Of a stretch of 64,000 nucleotides of DNA, positions 21,401 through 30,762 are shown piece by piece. Each line of letters opens with the position of its first letter. The stretch's first letter is position 1. The translations under genes and the position numbers were made by a program. Source of the stretch: Candidatus Kapaibacterium sp. (lineage in GTDB: Bacteria > Bacteroidota > Ignavibacteria > Kapaibacteriales > UBA2268); contig OY761611.1 of the NCBI GenBank assembly GCA_963664875.1, forward strand, positions 1,152,001-1,216,000. The letters run 5' to 3'. The notes below the pieces were generated by a model. It ran no database searches. It was not told the DNA's origin and saw only the letters and a program-made list of their open reading frames with translations.

Positions 21401-21483
21401 TCATCACCCAGTTGATTTAATAGCTCTTTTGTGTCTTTAGGCTTATTACTAAACTTGTGTTTATTTTTTTCGTTATTCGACAT
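18415..21483 (-). CDS. actB: ACIII ActB (molybdopterin-oxidoreductase-like domain plus Fe-S domain, Tat-variant lipoprotein)
   Basis: '[12 protein letters not shown]...AC' signal, '[14 protein letters not shown]', Fe-S motifs [41 protein letters not shown]. Confidence 0.94.
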   Translation of the reverse strand: MSNNEKNKHKFSNKPKDTKELLNQLGDEFKPGVTDEFKLEDMPEKSRRRFLALMGASAAFAATACTDYRDKGAIVNYNKKPEEVTMGKANYYASTLDNGLGILIKTREGRPVKIDGNPEHPINKGKIDVYGQASLMDLYDPDRIRYPQMYDESTLEFDRFFKKKTKWDVIDKKVIEKLENAVASGKEIAIFTKNSSSPTFLKLLSDFKAKYPTTNVYSYDTINDSARDAAWKVCYGSEKFPGIDYSKADIIVTFEADLLGNDGNTVEQTQAITSRRNHEDLDNFNRIYAVEGGFSLTGANADYRVRLTPEAHLELILALANHLAKGSISSISSYRLDSVISKYGLNKETIHLLADDLAKHSGKAVASAGTLHSKETHIAVNLLNEILGAKDLYLDNHYTQTMSNSSKEELENLVADMNSGKVEVLISFEANPSFDLPSDYGFKEALKKVPEVIAMTQIENETSAHAGFLLPVNHAFESWGDFGGRVGVISLRQPVISPIHDTRQKESLLLTWIEGADKYSDDNYHKYIMNRWQSEEFPKIAKIGSFEKFWYAALHDGFVTFNPQMGEGEHPQIQFNYNALNALKPVSKSGFTVVLANSMIGDGSLANNGWLQEIPHPVSKVVWDNYAAVSPSTAKKMDLKDNDIIEININGRKQILPVWVQAGTADDLVYTEIGYGREKGGTVGSEVGTNVNILMSKNSGLSERIFTGAKVSKVEGEHKLVATQEHHALDDDFVKDFHKIRDIIQEGTVKQYKEDPHFLHAHKHEVISITPDIEYPNEKWAMAMDLNKCTGCSLCVAACNVENNVPIVGKEETSKGREMHWIRIDRYFSGTPDEPEASIQPMICQHCDNAPCENVCPVVATTHSPDGLNQMVYNRCVGTRYCANNCPYKVRRFNFFDFREMFEDGYQYSDSLKLMNNPEVTVRARGVMEKCTFCVQRITEARQIATEKGEKFTGAGITTACQEACPADAIVFGNVNDPNSAISKLAKHDLGYHVLEMLNVRPNVTYLAKLRNKHTNGGHGEH

Positions 21484-21491
21484 TACAACCC

Positions 21492-21653
21492 CTATTTATT
21501 TCTTTTAACTGCATTTGGATGAATCCGGAGCTTAAGTCCGTCTGATTTAGACTTTTCCTGAGATTGAGCTTTGCTTAGAGGCAAAGCAGTTAAAAGCAAA
21601 GAACCGACAGCCGTTTTGCCTATTTTTTCTAAAAAATCTCTTCTCTTTTGCAT
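21492..21653 (-). CDS. Small (~53 aa) twin-arginine-motif protein between actA and actB
   Basis: AAGGAG RBS 6 nt before ATG. 'MQKRRDFLEKIG...LLLTALPLSKAQS' Tat-like signal. Fills the actA-actB gap almost exactly. Confidence 0.7.
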   Translation of the reverse strand: MQKRRDFLEKIGKTAVGSLLLTALPLSKAQSQEKSKSDGLKLRIHPNAVKRNK

Positions 21654-21663
21654 TTTCATCTCC

Positions 21664-22248
21664 TTATCTATGGCATGCAGCACAGTGAGTAGGACCTTTT
21701 TTAACTTCGCCTTTCAAGTAAGGCATTCTTTTCTCAGGTTCTGTATGGCATTGCAAACAGTCAGACATAGTAAAAGGTTCGACCTGTTTAACTTTGTCCA
21801 TTTTTTCGACATCGCCATGGCAAGACTGACACTGAATACCTTTATTCACATGCACACTATGGTTGAAGTAAGCATATTCCGGAACCTGATGTATTCGTTT
21901 CCATGGAATTGGTTTACCTTCATCGTAGTACTGCTTGAGTTTAATGATTTCAGGCTTGTCAGTTTTAACCACAGTATGGCAATTCATACAGATATTTGCA
22001 GCAGGAATGCTTGCGTGGCGAGTCTGATCGACGCTGGTATGGCAGTATTTGCAATCTATACCCATATCACCTGCATGCAGTTTGTGAGAAAAAGCAATCG
22101 GTTGATCAGGCTGGTAACCTACCCCATCGCGCTCTGAGCGAGAGACGTAGTACGTCAATGCAAAGGATACAATTACTACAAACAGAGTAATCGGAACCCT
22201 TATCTTGAGAATGTAATCAAGTACCGTCTTTTTCATAAACACCGACAT
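21664..22248 (-). CDS. actA: ACIII pentaheme cytochrome c ActA
   Basis: Five CxxCH motifs (CKYCH, CMNCH, CQSCH, CLQCH, CAACH), 'QPDQPIAFSHKLH', N-terminal TM helix. Confidence 0.93.
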   Translation of the reverse strand: MSVFMKKTVLDYILKIRVPITLFVVIVSFALTYYVSRSERDGVGYQPDQPIAFSHKLHAGDMGIDCKYCHTSVDQTRHASIPAANICMNCHTVVKTDKPEIIKLKQYYDEGKPIPWKRIHQVPEYAYFNHSVHVNKGIQCQSCHGDVEKMDKVKQVEPFTMSDCLQCHTEPEKRMPYLKGEVKKGPTHCAACHR

Positions 22249-22592
22249 TTAGTTTAAAAATTATATTTAATAATCTATATAAGCTTAGTAATGGTAAATA
22301 CAATTTAAGGTTTCTTGTCTGTGAAACTTCTTAGACTATTATCCGTATTAGAGTTATCACCTTTGAAAAGAAATATTTATTTAGTCAATTTGATTTTATA
22401 GCACCTAAATCTTGACTATATTATAATTATATTGAGGCATACATCTCTTCAATTCGAGAAATAACGCATAAATTTAGATTAAATTGTCATTTATTCCTGC
22501 TTTTTTTTACACATAATAGTGAATCAGCAAGGCTCTGAGTAGCTTTGCAAAGTAGAAATATGTTATATTTTATTGATATTAAATGATTTATA

Positions 22593-23315
22593 TCAATGGC
22601 AGCATTCATTTTTTTCTATTACTGGCATATTTGAAAGTTTAGGACTAACATAAGGTATCCCAAGAGCCAAGCCTCTGAGAATCATCAACACAGCAACTAT
22701 AGCTATACCATAAGGAATGGCTTTATTGATGATGTGTCTGACTTTTATTGAGAAAAGATTTTTGGTAAAATAAATCGCTGCCATCATTGGGATTGTTCCC
22801 AAACCAAACATTGCCATATAAAGAGCTCCACCAAGAGCACTTTCTGTAACACTACCCTCAACAAGGGAGCCTCCTAATGCTATATATACTAACCCACAGG
22901 GCAAAAAACCATTCAGAATACCGAGTATAAAAAGAGATGACTTTGTAGGTGTCTGCAAAAATTTTCCGAAGAGTTTTTTAAGTTTTTCGACACCCTTGTA
23001 AGTACTTAGATTTGCTTTTGAAAAATTATAATATTTACGAGGAACTACTACGTATAATAGCATCAGCACACCAACAACTATAGATAAGACTTCCTGATAG
23101 CCTGCCATATTTATAGAAGCACCAAGCATTCCTACGATAGCACCCATAAAAGCATAAGTCAAACTACGCCCTACATTGTAGATTATACTGTCGAGAGCAA
23201 TAGTTAGTTTGTTATCAGAAGTGTGAGGAAGTGCAAGTGCAATAGGTCCACACATACCAACGCAGTGGAAGCTGCCACCAAGACCAAGTAAAAAAGCCTG
23301 TATCATAATCATCAA
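22593..23315 (-). CDS. DsbD_2 / TauE-SafE-like membrane protein (cytochrome/oxidase biogenesis)
   Basis: 'GSFHCVGMCGPI' and 'NGFLPCGLVY' motifs, ~6 TM helices, C-terminal CCH. Confidence 0.85.
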   Translation of the reverse strand: MMIMIQAFLLGLGGSFHCVGMCGPIALALPHTSDNKLTIALDSIIYNVGRSLTYAFMGAIVGMLGASINMAGYQEVLSIVVGVLMLLYVVVPRKYYNFSKANLSTYKGVEKLKKLFGKFLQTPTKSSLFILGILNGFLPCGLVYIALGGSLVEGSVTESALGGALYMAMFGLGTIPMMAAIYFTKNLFSIKVRHIINKAIPYGIAIVAVLMILRGLALGIPYVSPKLSNMPVIEKNECCH

Positions 23316-23457
23316 CCTAAATAATGAAATTTACTTACAGAAAGGACTATTTTTTTATAACATTATTTTATTATTTAGTTGATTATTTGATTCATTTTAA
23401 GTATTATAGTAGTTAGTACTGTTTCTATTGTCAAATATTATTATCATAGAGGTTCTT

Positions 23458-26400
23458 ATGAAATTTATCTACATAATGTTTGCTTTAATGTTATTTTACT
23501 CTTTTGCTCAGTCCGAGCATTTATTTATAGAGAGTAACAAAAGCGGCAATTACAACTACTTCTCTAAAATCGGTAATACAGAAATTAGAGTTGGCAAGAC
23601 ATTAGAGCTACTCACTTACGAAGGCTCAGCAATAACAAACCACCTAATCTACAAACCAATTGATGGTGGAGATATTTCTTTTGTACATGAGGGTACAGAA
23701 TCTGATTTTCATTATTATCAGAGCTCTAATATCAGAGACTCACGAAAAGCATCTGAAAAGTTACTTGTGAAAAACTTTTTTAGAGGTGCTGATTTGAGAC
23801 TTCAAATTACCGGCGAACAGTTTAGGTATGACATAATAGTAAATCCGAATACTGACCTCTCTAATATAAAGTTTGAAATCAGTGGCTCTGATGCCTTAGA
23901 GGTAAAAAACGGTTTGCTAAATATCAATACAAAAAATGGGATCATTACCAATCATAACATCATTGCTTTTCAAGACCTTAACAACACTACTTTAGATATT
24001 TCATGCCAATATAAATTAGATGGGAACATTCTTAGTTTTGAAGCTCAACAGTATAATAAGGGCACAGAGCTTATTATAGATCCAACTATCTTTTTCTCAA
24101 TGTTTGGTGGGTCACAAGACGACAAAATAGTAAAAACAATAATCAACGGAGACGAGTTGATTGTTCTGGGTACTACACAATCAGGCGATTATTCCTCTCA
24201 TGATTATAATATCCCTGATGGAGAAGATATCTTAGAGCAAGATATTTTTATCTCGAGATATAGCATTAAGTATTCAGACAGAAAGCACTTATCAACAACA
24301 TTTTTGGGTGGAACTAATTTTGATGAGATTACCGATGCAGCTATAAGTCGAGACGGCAGCAAGCTGTACATCGTTGGAAATACTAATAGTAACGATTTCC
24401 CCTACTTAGGCACTCAACATGCTTCAGTTCGCGGCAATCTTGATGGTTTTTTTGCAAAGTTTGATATAGAAACTATGGCTATGGAGTTTTCTTCTATTTA
24501 CGGTGGATCTGCTAAAGATTCTCTAACCGGCATAGCTGTCAACCAACAAGGCGATTTTTATATTATTGGAACTACAAATTCTACGAATATTTCGCTCAAA
24601 TCTGCAGCTCAAACATTTGTGGCAGGCGGAACGGATATGTGTTTTGCAAAATTTTGGAGTGACGGTGTAAATCCTTATTTTTCAACATATATTGGCGGCA
24701 ACGAAGACGATAGAGCAAATGCTATAGCACTTAGTGACGATAGCTACCATATCTACATAGCAGGCTCAACAAGATCTGCCAATTTTGAGATTATACCGAA
24801 ATGGGATTACTACGGTAAGATTTTCGATAGGAAACACAATGGCGGACAAGACGGCCTATTGCTTGTTTACAAAGATGGCCAACCAAAATTCTCATACTCT
24901 TGCTTCTTTGGTGGTGACGGAGATGATGAAATTATGGATATTGCTTACTACAATGACAAATTGTATTTTGTTGGTAACACAAAAAGCGAACTTACAGGCA
25001 TTTTGCCGAAGTCTGACGACACGGTTTTCCCTATTAGCCCTACCAGCTTCCAAACTACAAATAAAGGCAATACAGACGGTTTTATTGCCGTTTGCGAACA
25101 CCTTCTGAACGTACTGACCTATTCAAGTTTCATTGGCGGTAGCAAATACGATGCGATTACTAATATTTATGTTTCTACTGTTACCGATGGCAATCCGAAT
25201 ATTATCGGGGTTACAGAATCTAATGATTTCCCTATTCAATCAGGTGGCTCTTCGAGCTATCATGCCAATAAAGATGTTGTAGTATCCGGTTTTACTACAG
25301 GCTTTGGTGGACTTAGCTATACTAGATTTGTCGGAACTTCTAAAAATGACTATCCGTCAGACATTGTATTCGATAATATAAATACTTATATTCTAAGTGG
25401 TTATTCCCAATCAGATGATTTCCACTTAGATAAAGAAGCTTCAAATCAACACCATGGTGGCTACGACGGTTTTATACACAAGTTTACAACTGAGTCATTA
25501 CTGCTTGAAACTCCGGGAGATAATGACTCTTACTGTTCGCAAAACTCCATAACCATTAAGTGGAACTCGCAAGATATAATCCAGAAAAGCTACAAATTAG
25601 AATATACAGATAACAATACTGATTACAAGGACTTAACAGATATACTTGATAAAAATTCTTTTGTTTGGTCGCTCGATTCGGCAGAAGTATTCCAAAGTGA
25701 TTTATATAAGATTAGAGTTTCTTCTCTTTCAGGCTTAGTTTCTGAAAACATAGGAAACTTCAGCATTATTGATTCACCGGGCAATGGAATATTGAGCACA
25801 GAATCAGATTTAGAAGATCTTTGCATTGGCGATACTGTAAAAATATTCTGCAACGCTCCGTACAAAAACCTTACTTATTTATGGTTTGTTAACAACAAAC
25901 AGCTTGTCAATAACAATGATACACTTGTATATCCAATTACAGCTTCTATCAATCTTGAAATTTATTGCAAACTCTCTAATGGTTGTTCTCCTGACACAAA
26001 GACTAATTCTCTAAAAGTTACAGTTGCTAAGCCATCAGCGATTAACTCGCAAATTGCAGACACAACTATAATCGAAAATAGGACTCTCCTTTTAGAAGCA
26101 GATGTAAACGAAGCAACTGAAAGAGTTGATTGGTATAAAGATGACGAGCTTATAGCCGGCAGCTCTAACTCACTTAATTTTGAATCAATTAGATTGCAAG
26201 ATTCAGGCAGTTATCACTTCAAAGCATTTGGGAAATGCAATGAGTTAACTTCTGAGAAGTTCTATATCGATGTCGATCCGGATGTTTCTGTATCTGAAGA
26301 AAATCTATACAAATTGTTTTCGAAATTCGAAATATCGGACAATGGTACGGAAAAGCCTTATTTGAATATTCAAAGTAACAACTTAGTGTTTGACTGTGTT

Positions 26401-26559
26401 TTGTTCGACAACATCGGTAATAGATTGGAATATTTGACAGTTAACAGCCACAAACTATCTTATAGTTTTAACACCAAAGACTATCCGGCAGGTATTTACT
26501 GGATAACTGTTTATATAGACAATGCTTCTTACAGCAGAAAAATTGTGCTTGTCAAATAG
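23458..26559 (+). CDS. Secreted SBBP beta-propeller repeat protein with Ig-like domains and T9SS CTD
   Basis: Signal peptide, repeated 'ST(F/Y)xGGxxxD...GxTxSxDFP' units, Ig-like segments, C-terminal 'AGIYWITV...RKIVLVK'. Confidence 0.82.
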   Translation: MKFIYIMFALMLFYSFAQSEHLFIESNKSGNYNYFSKIGNTEIRVGKTLELLTYEGSAITNHLIYKPIDGGDISFVHEGTESDFHYYQSSNIRDSRKASEKLLVKNFFRGADLRLQITGEQFRYDIIVNPNTDLSNIKFEISGSDALEVKNGLLNINTKNGIITNHNIIAFQDLNNTTLDISCQYKLDGNILSFEAQQYNKGTELIIDPTIFFSMFGGSQDDKIVKTIINGDELIVLGTTQSGDYSSHDYNIPDGEDILEQDIFISRYSIKYSDRKHLSTTFLGGTNFDEITDAAISRDGSKLYIVGNTNSNDFPYLGTQHASVRGNLDGFFAKFDIETMAMEFSSIYGGSAKDSLTGIAVNQQGDFYIIGTTNSTNISLKSAAQTFVAGGTDMCFAKFWSDGVNPYFSTYIGGNEDDRANAIALSDDSYHIYIAGSTRSANFEIIPKWDYYGKIFDRKHNGGQDGLLLVYKDGQPKFSYSCFFGGDGDDEIMDIAYYNDKLYFVGNTKSELTGILPKSDDTVFPISPTSFQTTNKGNTDGFIAVCEHLLNVLTYSSFIGGSKYDAITNIYVSTVTDGNPNIIGVTESNDFPIQSGGSSSYHANKDVVVSGFTTGFGGLSYTRFVGTSKNDYPSDIVFDNINTYILSGYSQSDDFHLDKEASNQHHGGYDGFIHKFTTESLLLETPGDNDSYCSQNSITIKWNSQDIIQKSYKLEYTDNNTDYKDLTDILDKNSFVWSLDSAEVFQSDLYKIRVSSLSGLVSENIGNFSIIDSPGNGILSTESDLEDLCIGDTVKIFCNAPYKNLTYLWFVNNKQLVNNNDTLVYPITASINLEIYCKLSNGCSPDTKTNSLKVTVAKPSAINSQIADTTIIENRTLLLEADVNEATERVDWYKDDELIAGSSNSLNFESIRLQDSGSYHFKAFGKCNELTSEKFYIDVDPDVSVSEENLYKLFSKFEISDNGTEKPYLNIQSNNLVFDCVLFDNIGNRLEYLTVNSHKLSYSFNTKDYPAGIYWITVYIDNASYSRKIVLVK

Positions 26560-26583
26560 CAATTACAAAGAGAAAAACAAACT

Positions 26584-26617
26584 AAAAAAGGGTTGCAAAT
26601 CAATGCAGCCCTTTTTT
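26584..26617. terminator. Bidirectional terminator between the SBBP gene and sodB
   Basis: aaaaaagggttgca-aatcaa-tgcagccctttttt between convergent genes. Confidence 0.8.
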
Positions 26618-26641
26618 ATATATGCAATATATTTCAATTAC

Positions 26642-27217
26642 TTATAAATGATTTGCAACATTTTCCCAGTTTACAATATCCCAGAATTTTTCGATAAATT
26701 TTGGTCTTGCATTTCTATAGTCGATGTAGTAAGCGTGTTCCCAAACATCTATAGTAAGTAAAGGAGTAATACCTTCTTTTACAGGAGTACCTGCATTGCT
26801 GTATTGTTTGATTTCTAAAGTACCATCAGCATTTTTTACTAACCAAGCCCAGCCGGATCCGAACAAAGTAGCAGCAGAAGCTGAGAATTTTTCTTTGAAT
26901 GCATCGAATGAGCCAAAGTCTCTGTTGATTGCATCTAAAACATCACCGGTTGGAGCCCCTCCTCCGTTTGGAGACAAAGAGTGCCAGAAAAATGTATGGT
27001 TGAAAGTTTGAGCAGCATTATTAAATATGCCACCTTCAGATTTTTTGATAATATCTACGAGAGACATATCAGCGAAATCTGTACCATCTATCAGATTATT
27101 TAGATTATTCACATAAGCTGCATGGTGTTTGCCATGATGGTAGTCAAAAGTTTCTTCGGAAATGATAGGAACCAAAGCGTCTTTTGCAAATGGTAATTCT
27201 GGAAGTTGGAAAGCCAT
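26642..27217 (-). CDS. sodB: Fe superoxide dismutase
   Basis: 'HHGKHHAAYV', 'FNNAAQ' (Fe-type), 'DVWEHAYY'. Confidence 0.95.
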   Translation of the reverse strand: MAFQLPELPFAKDALVPIISEETFDYHHGKHHAAYVNNLNNLIDGTDFADMSLVDIIKKSEGGIFNNAAQTFNHTFFWHSLSPNGGGAPTGDVLDAINRDFGSFDAFKEKFSASAATLFGSGWAWLVKNADGTLEIKQYSNAGTPVKEGITPLLTIDVWEHAYYIDYRNARPKFIEKFWDIVNWENVANHL

Positions 27218-27491
27218 AGTATTTCTCCTTATTGAGATTACAAATATTTTATTTTAAGGTACTAATTTTTGTTTGTATTTACGCTTATATTTACGATAAT
27301 ACCAATATTTTATTTGATACTTATAATATCTACACCAATATTCATATTTTATCAGTTTGAATATGAATAGTTTGGTACGATAAGACAGTAACGAAAAGGA
27401 ACTTGTCGATATTGTTTTATTTTTTTCCAGAGTAAACCTAAGCTACTTTGAAGACGTCTAAGTACAAAAAATTTAATTGAAGGGCAGATAA

Positions 27492-29306
27492 ATGCACGGA
27501 CAACTGATTTTATGTCTCTTAATGATAATAAGCTCCGCACTATATGCTGAGAAGCTTCCTGATAACTTCCAAATAAATCAGAACAAAAGTATTTTAAGTA
27601 TTCAAGCAAAAAATAAAGCAGGTTTGTACAATACTGCAAAAATCGACACTATCTATCTTGATTTCTACGATGATAATTTCGAAGAGACTTTGACTAAAAA
27701 TTACCAATCCAAGGCACGGTTACTTGCAAGAATGAAATATCATTCTTTAAGTTATGACTCTGTAGGTGTCAGATTCCGTGGTCAGACTTCTTACATGATG
27801 GCTCAAAACACTAAGAAAAAGTCTTTTGATATTGATCTTAATTTTACAAAAAAAGAGCAGCAAATCTTTGGTTATAAGAATATCAATTTGATAAACAGCA
27901 TAGAGGATCCGTCTTTCAGCAGGGACTATCTTTATAGTCAGCTTGCAGGTAGTTATATTCCAACTGCAAAAGTAAACTATATCTGGTTGGTGGTAAACGG
28001 AGAGAGCAGAGGCCTGTATTTGAATATTCAGCAATTAGACAAAAGATTTCTTAAAGATTGGTTTTTTTCAGACTCCGGAACCCGCTGGAGGGCAGAAGCA
28101 CCGGACACGTCAGCTAATTCGACTCTAAAACCACCGCCGGGAGCTATGCATCCTATAATGGGTATGCCACCAAACGGCATGCCTCCTCACCCACCTCATG
28201 GAATGCCACCCAATGGAATGCCTCCTCAATTCCCGCAAGGCAAACCACCGAGAGGTTTTCCTGAGACTCGAAACCAAAGCGATAATAGTGATAATAATAT
28301 CAGTGATAGTCTCCCACATTTTATGCCACCTCATGGAGATGACGGAAGACAATTTGGAGCAGGTAAGAGCAGCTTAAACTATCTTGGCGATAGTGTTTTA
28401 CCTTACACTGCCTATTATACATTGAAATCATCTGATAAGAAAGCAAACTGGAATGCACTTGTGAATGTATGTAAATTACTCGAAAACTGCCCTGATGAAT
28501 TGCTGTTTGATTCGCTTAGTAGATATTTTGATTTGGACAGAGCCATCTGGCAGATAGCTACCGAAATTGCATTCGCCGATGATGACGGGTATGTTTATAA
28601 AGGCGGAATGGATTACTACCTCTACCACGAACCTGAAACGAATAGGCTTACAATGCTCGATTATGATAATAATTCGACTTTTCTGACTCACAAGATTGCT
28701 GAAAATATTTTCAAGAGAGAAAAGGATAGTGCATGGGCTTTAAACTATAGGGTCTTCAATTCATTAGAGATGCGACAGAGATATATCGCTCACTTACGAA
28801 CCATAGCAAACAAATCCATGAATTATGTCGAAGTTCAAGAAAAATTAGACAGCCTCGAATTACTAATAAGACCTTATCTTGAAAAAGATGATTGTAAAGT
28901 TTCTACTATGGCTGCCTATGAAGAAAGCAAAGAGGAAATCGTAACATTTATCAGAAACAGGAAAGAATATATCTTTGCAGACAAAGAATTGCAGGCAGAA
29001 GCTCCTGTTATTGTTCTGCAGCAAGATGATTCACAAAGCTCTCAAATAAAAGCAACTATTACTCACAGCAAAGAGATTAAGAAGGTATTCCTTTACTTTT
29101 CCTCAGGATATAGCGGCAGATTTGAAAGAATTGAGATGGAGAGAAATGGGAATGATGAAGCCTTATACTCTGCTGAACTCCCTATAGGCAATGAAGACAA
29201 AGTAGTTAGGTACTACATAGAAGCAATAGCCTCAAATCAATACAAAACTGCATCTTATCTGCCGGAAGGTGCTGAGCATGAGGTATTTTTGAATTATGCA
29301 AAATAG
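27492..29306 (+). CDS. CotH kinase family secreted protein with a Pro/Gly/Met-rich insertion
   Basis: 'VGVRFRGQTS', 'KKSFDID', 'DPSFSRDYL', 'GLYLNIQQLD', signal peptide. Low-complexity GMPPNGMPP repeats at about 28130-28265. Confidence 0.85.
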   Translation: MHGQLILCLLMIISSALYAEKLPDNFQINQNKSILSIQAKNKAGLYNTAKIDTIYLDFYDDNFEETLTKNYQSKARLLARMKYHSLSYDSVGVRFRGQTSYMMAQNTKKKSFDIDLNFTKKEQQIFGYKNINLINSIEDPSFSRDYLYSQLAGSYIPTAKVNYIWLVVNGESRGLYLNIQQLDKRFLKDWFFSDSGTRWRAEAPDTSANSTLKPPPGAMHPIMGMPPNGMPPHPPHGMPPNGMPPQFPQGKPPRGFPETRNQSDNSDNNISDSLPHFMPPHGDDGRQFGAGKSSLNYLGDSVLPYTAYYTLKSSDKKANWNALVNVCKLLENCPDELLFDSLSRYFDLDRAIWQIATEIAFADDDGYVYKGGMDYYLYHEPETNRLTMLDYDNNSTFLTHKIAENIFKREKDSAWALNYRVFNSLEMRQRYIAHLRTIANKSMNYVEVQEKLDSLELLIRPYLEKDDCKVSTMAAYEESKEEIVTFIRNRKEYIFADKELQAEAPVIVLQQDDSQSSQIKATITHSKEIKKVFLYFSSGYSGRFERIEMERNGNDEALYSAELPIGNEDKVVRYYIEAIASNQYKTASYLPEGAEHEVFLNYAK

Positions 29307-29380
29307 CTTAGATAAGTATTCGCATAAGTATCACATTTTTTATTATTTTTGCAATGTAAGTGCTTTGAATAGGAATAAAT

Positions 29381-30208
29381 ATGTATAATAATAATCCGAT
29401 TGGTGTTTTTGATTCCGGAGTAGGCGGTCTAAGTGTTTTGAAGCAATTAGTACGCTTTTTGCCTTATGAAAGCTACGTTTACCTTGGCGATACTGCGAGA
29501 GTTCCCTACGGCAACAAATCAGATGACACTGTCAAGCAATATTCTAAAGAATGTGCAGAATTTTTGATTTCAAAAAATGTAAAACTGATAGTCGTTGCCT
29601 GTAATACTGCTTCCTCAATTGCGCTGGAAACTGTGCGGGAAGTTGCAGGTGACATTCCGGTCATAGGAATGATAGAACCTGCTGCAGGTGCGGCATTGAG
29701 AGCAAGCAAATCCGGGAAAATCGGAGTAATTGGTACAAGAGCAACTATCAACAGCAAGGCGTACACCGGCAAGATAATGGAATTGGCGGGCAATAACAAA
29801 ATTACGGTCATGTCCCAACCCTGCCCATTATTTGTTCCTATTGTAGAAGAAGGATTGGTCGATCATCCGGCAAGCCGAATTATTGCAGAAGAGTACCTCG
29901 CAGAACTCAAAAGCAGAGGAATTGACACATTGGTTCTTGGCTGCACCCACTACCCACTTCTCTCGAGAATGATTGGTGAAATACTGAACGGAATTCCACT
30001 AATAGACTCAGGCGAACATGCGGCTGTTACGGCACTTAGGCTTTTGGCAGAAAGAAAAATGCTTGTGGAGGAACGAGAAGAATTTGTAATGAAACCAAGC
30101 ATTGATTTTTATGTAACTGATGTTCCTACTTTGTTTTTCGAACAAGCTCAGTTGTTTCTCGGATTTAATGTTGATTCGCCCAGAAAGATACAATTAGGTA
30201 TATGTTAG
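29381..30208 (+). CDS. murI: Glutamate racemase
   Basis: 'FDSGVGGLSV', 'VACNTAS', 'LGCTHYP'. Confidence 0.96.
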   Translation: MYNNNPIGVFDSGVGGLSVLKQLVRFLPYESYVYLGDTARVPYGNKSDDTVKQYSKECAEFLISKNVKLIVVACNTASSIALETVREVAGDIPVIGMIEPAAGAALRASKSGKIGVIGTRATINSKAYTGKIMELAGNNKITVMSQPCPLFVPIVEEGLVDHPASRIIAEEYLAELKSRGIDTLVLGCTHYPLLSRMIGEILNGIPLIDSGEHAAVTALRLLAERKMLVEEREEFVMKPSIDFYVTDVPTLFFEQAQLFLGFNVDSPRKIQLGIC

Positions 30209-30648
30209 CAAAGCTCTACATATTGCTCTTTTTTCTTGTGTCATTATCAATATCCTGCAATGACGGTGACTATCGTAGCAAGCTGATTAGCAGAATATTT
30301 GAAAACCCTCACAAAATTGAGTTTTATGTAGAAAGACATTTGAAATACACCTCTCCCTATAAAGAAAGATATTTTTCTAATGAAGAGAAAAAAAATGCCA
30401 CATTGGAGCCGCTACGTAAAACTATAGAGGAATATTACAGCTCGGACTACAAAAAAGTTTGCGAAAAAGAAGTGCTTCGCTATACAAACTACTACGGGAT
30501 GAAAAACAATTACATAATAGAATATTACGCAGGCAGCAAACCTGATTTATTCATCAAAATTGATTGGGTCAGGAACTTATCAAATTATCAGCTTTTCGAT
30601 ATAGAAGTAGTCTCTCAGTGCTTTTGCGACACTCTTGACATACAATGA
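30202..30648 (+). CDS. Hypothetical lipoprotein
   Basis: Lipobox-like 'LSISC' after a hydrophobic leader. Overlaps the murI stop. Confidence 0.6.
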   Translation: MLAKLYILLFFLVSLSISCNDGDYRSKLISRIFENPHKIEFYVERHLKYTSPYKERYFSNEEKKNATLEPLRKTIEEYYSSDYKKVCEKEVLRYTNYYGMKNNYIIEYYAGSKPDLFIKIDWVRNLSNYQLFDIEVVSQCFCDTLDIQ

Positions 30649-30762
30649 TGCCATTCGAGAATGTTGCAGCATATAAATCCGGGCTGATTTGAGAGAAAGT
30701 GAGAGCAGTTACAAGATTTTTTAAAGCTCTTATGGATATATTTCGGCATCACTCATCTGAAT

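Noticed and set aside
21571-22137. 188-aa plus-strand ORF, and the many other antisense ORFs in the track (e.g. 18655-19104, 31864-32349, 54728-55261)
   Set aside because: Shadow frames opposite well-supported genes, with no motifs or RBS.
22583-22596. FNR-like box atgat-ttat-atcaa upstream of actA
   Set aside because: One mismatch, overlaps a stop codon, lies ~340 bp from actA, and is expected by chance in AT-rich DNA.
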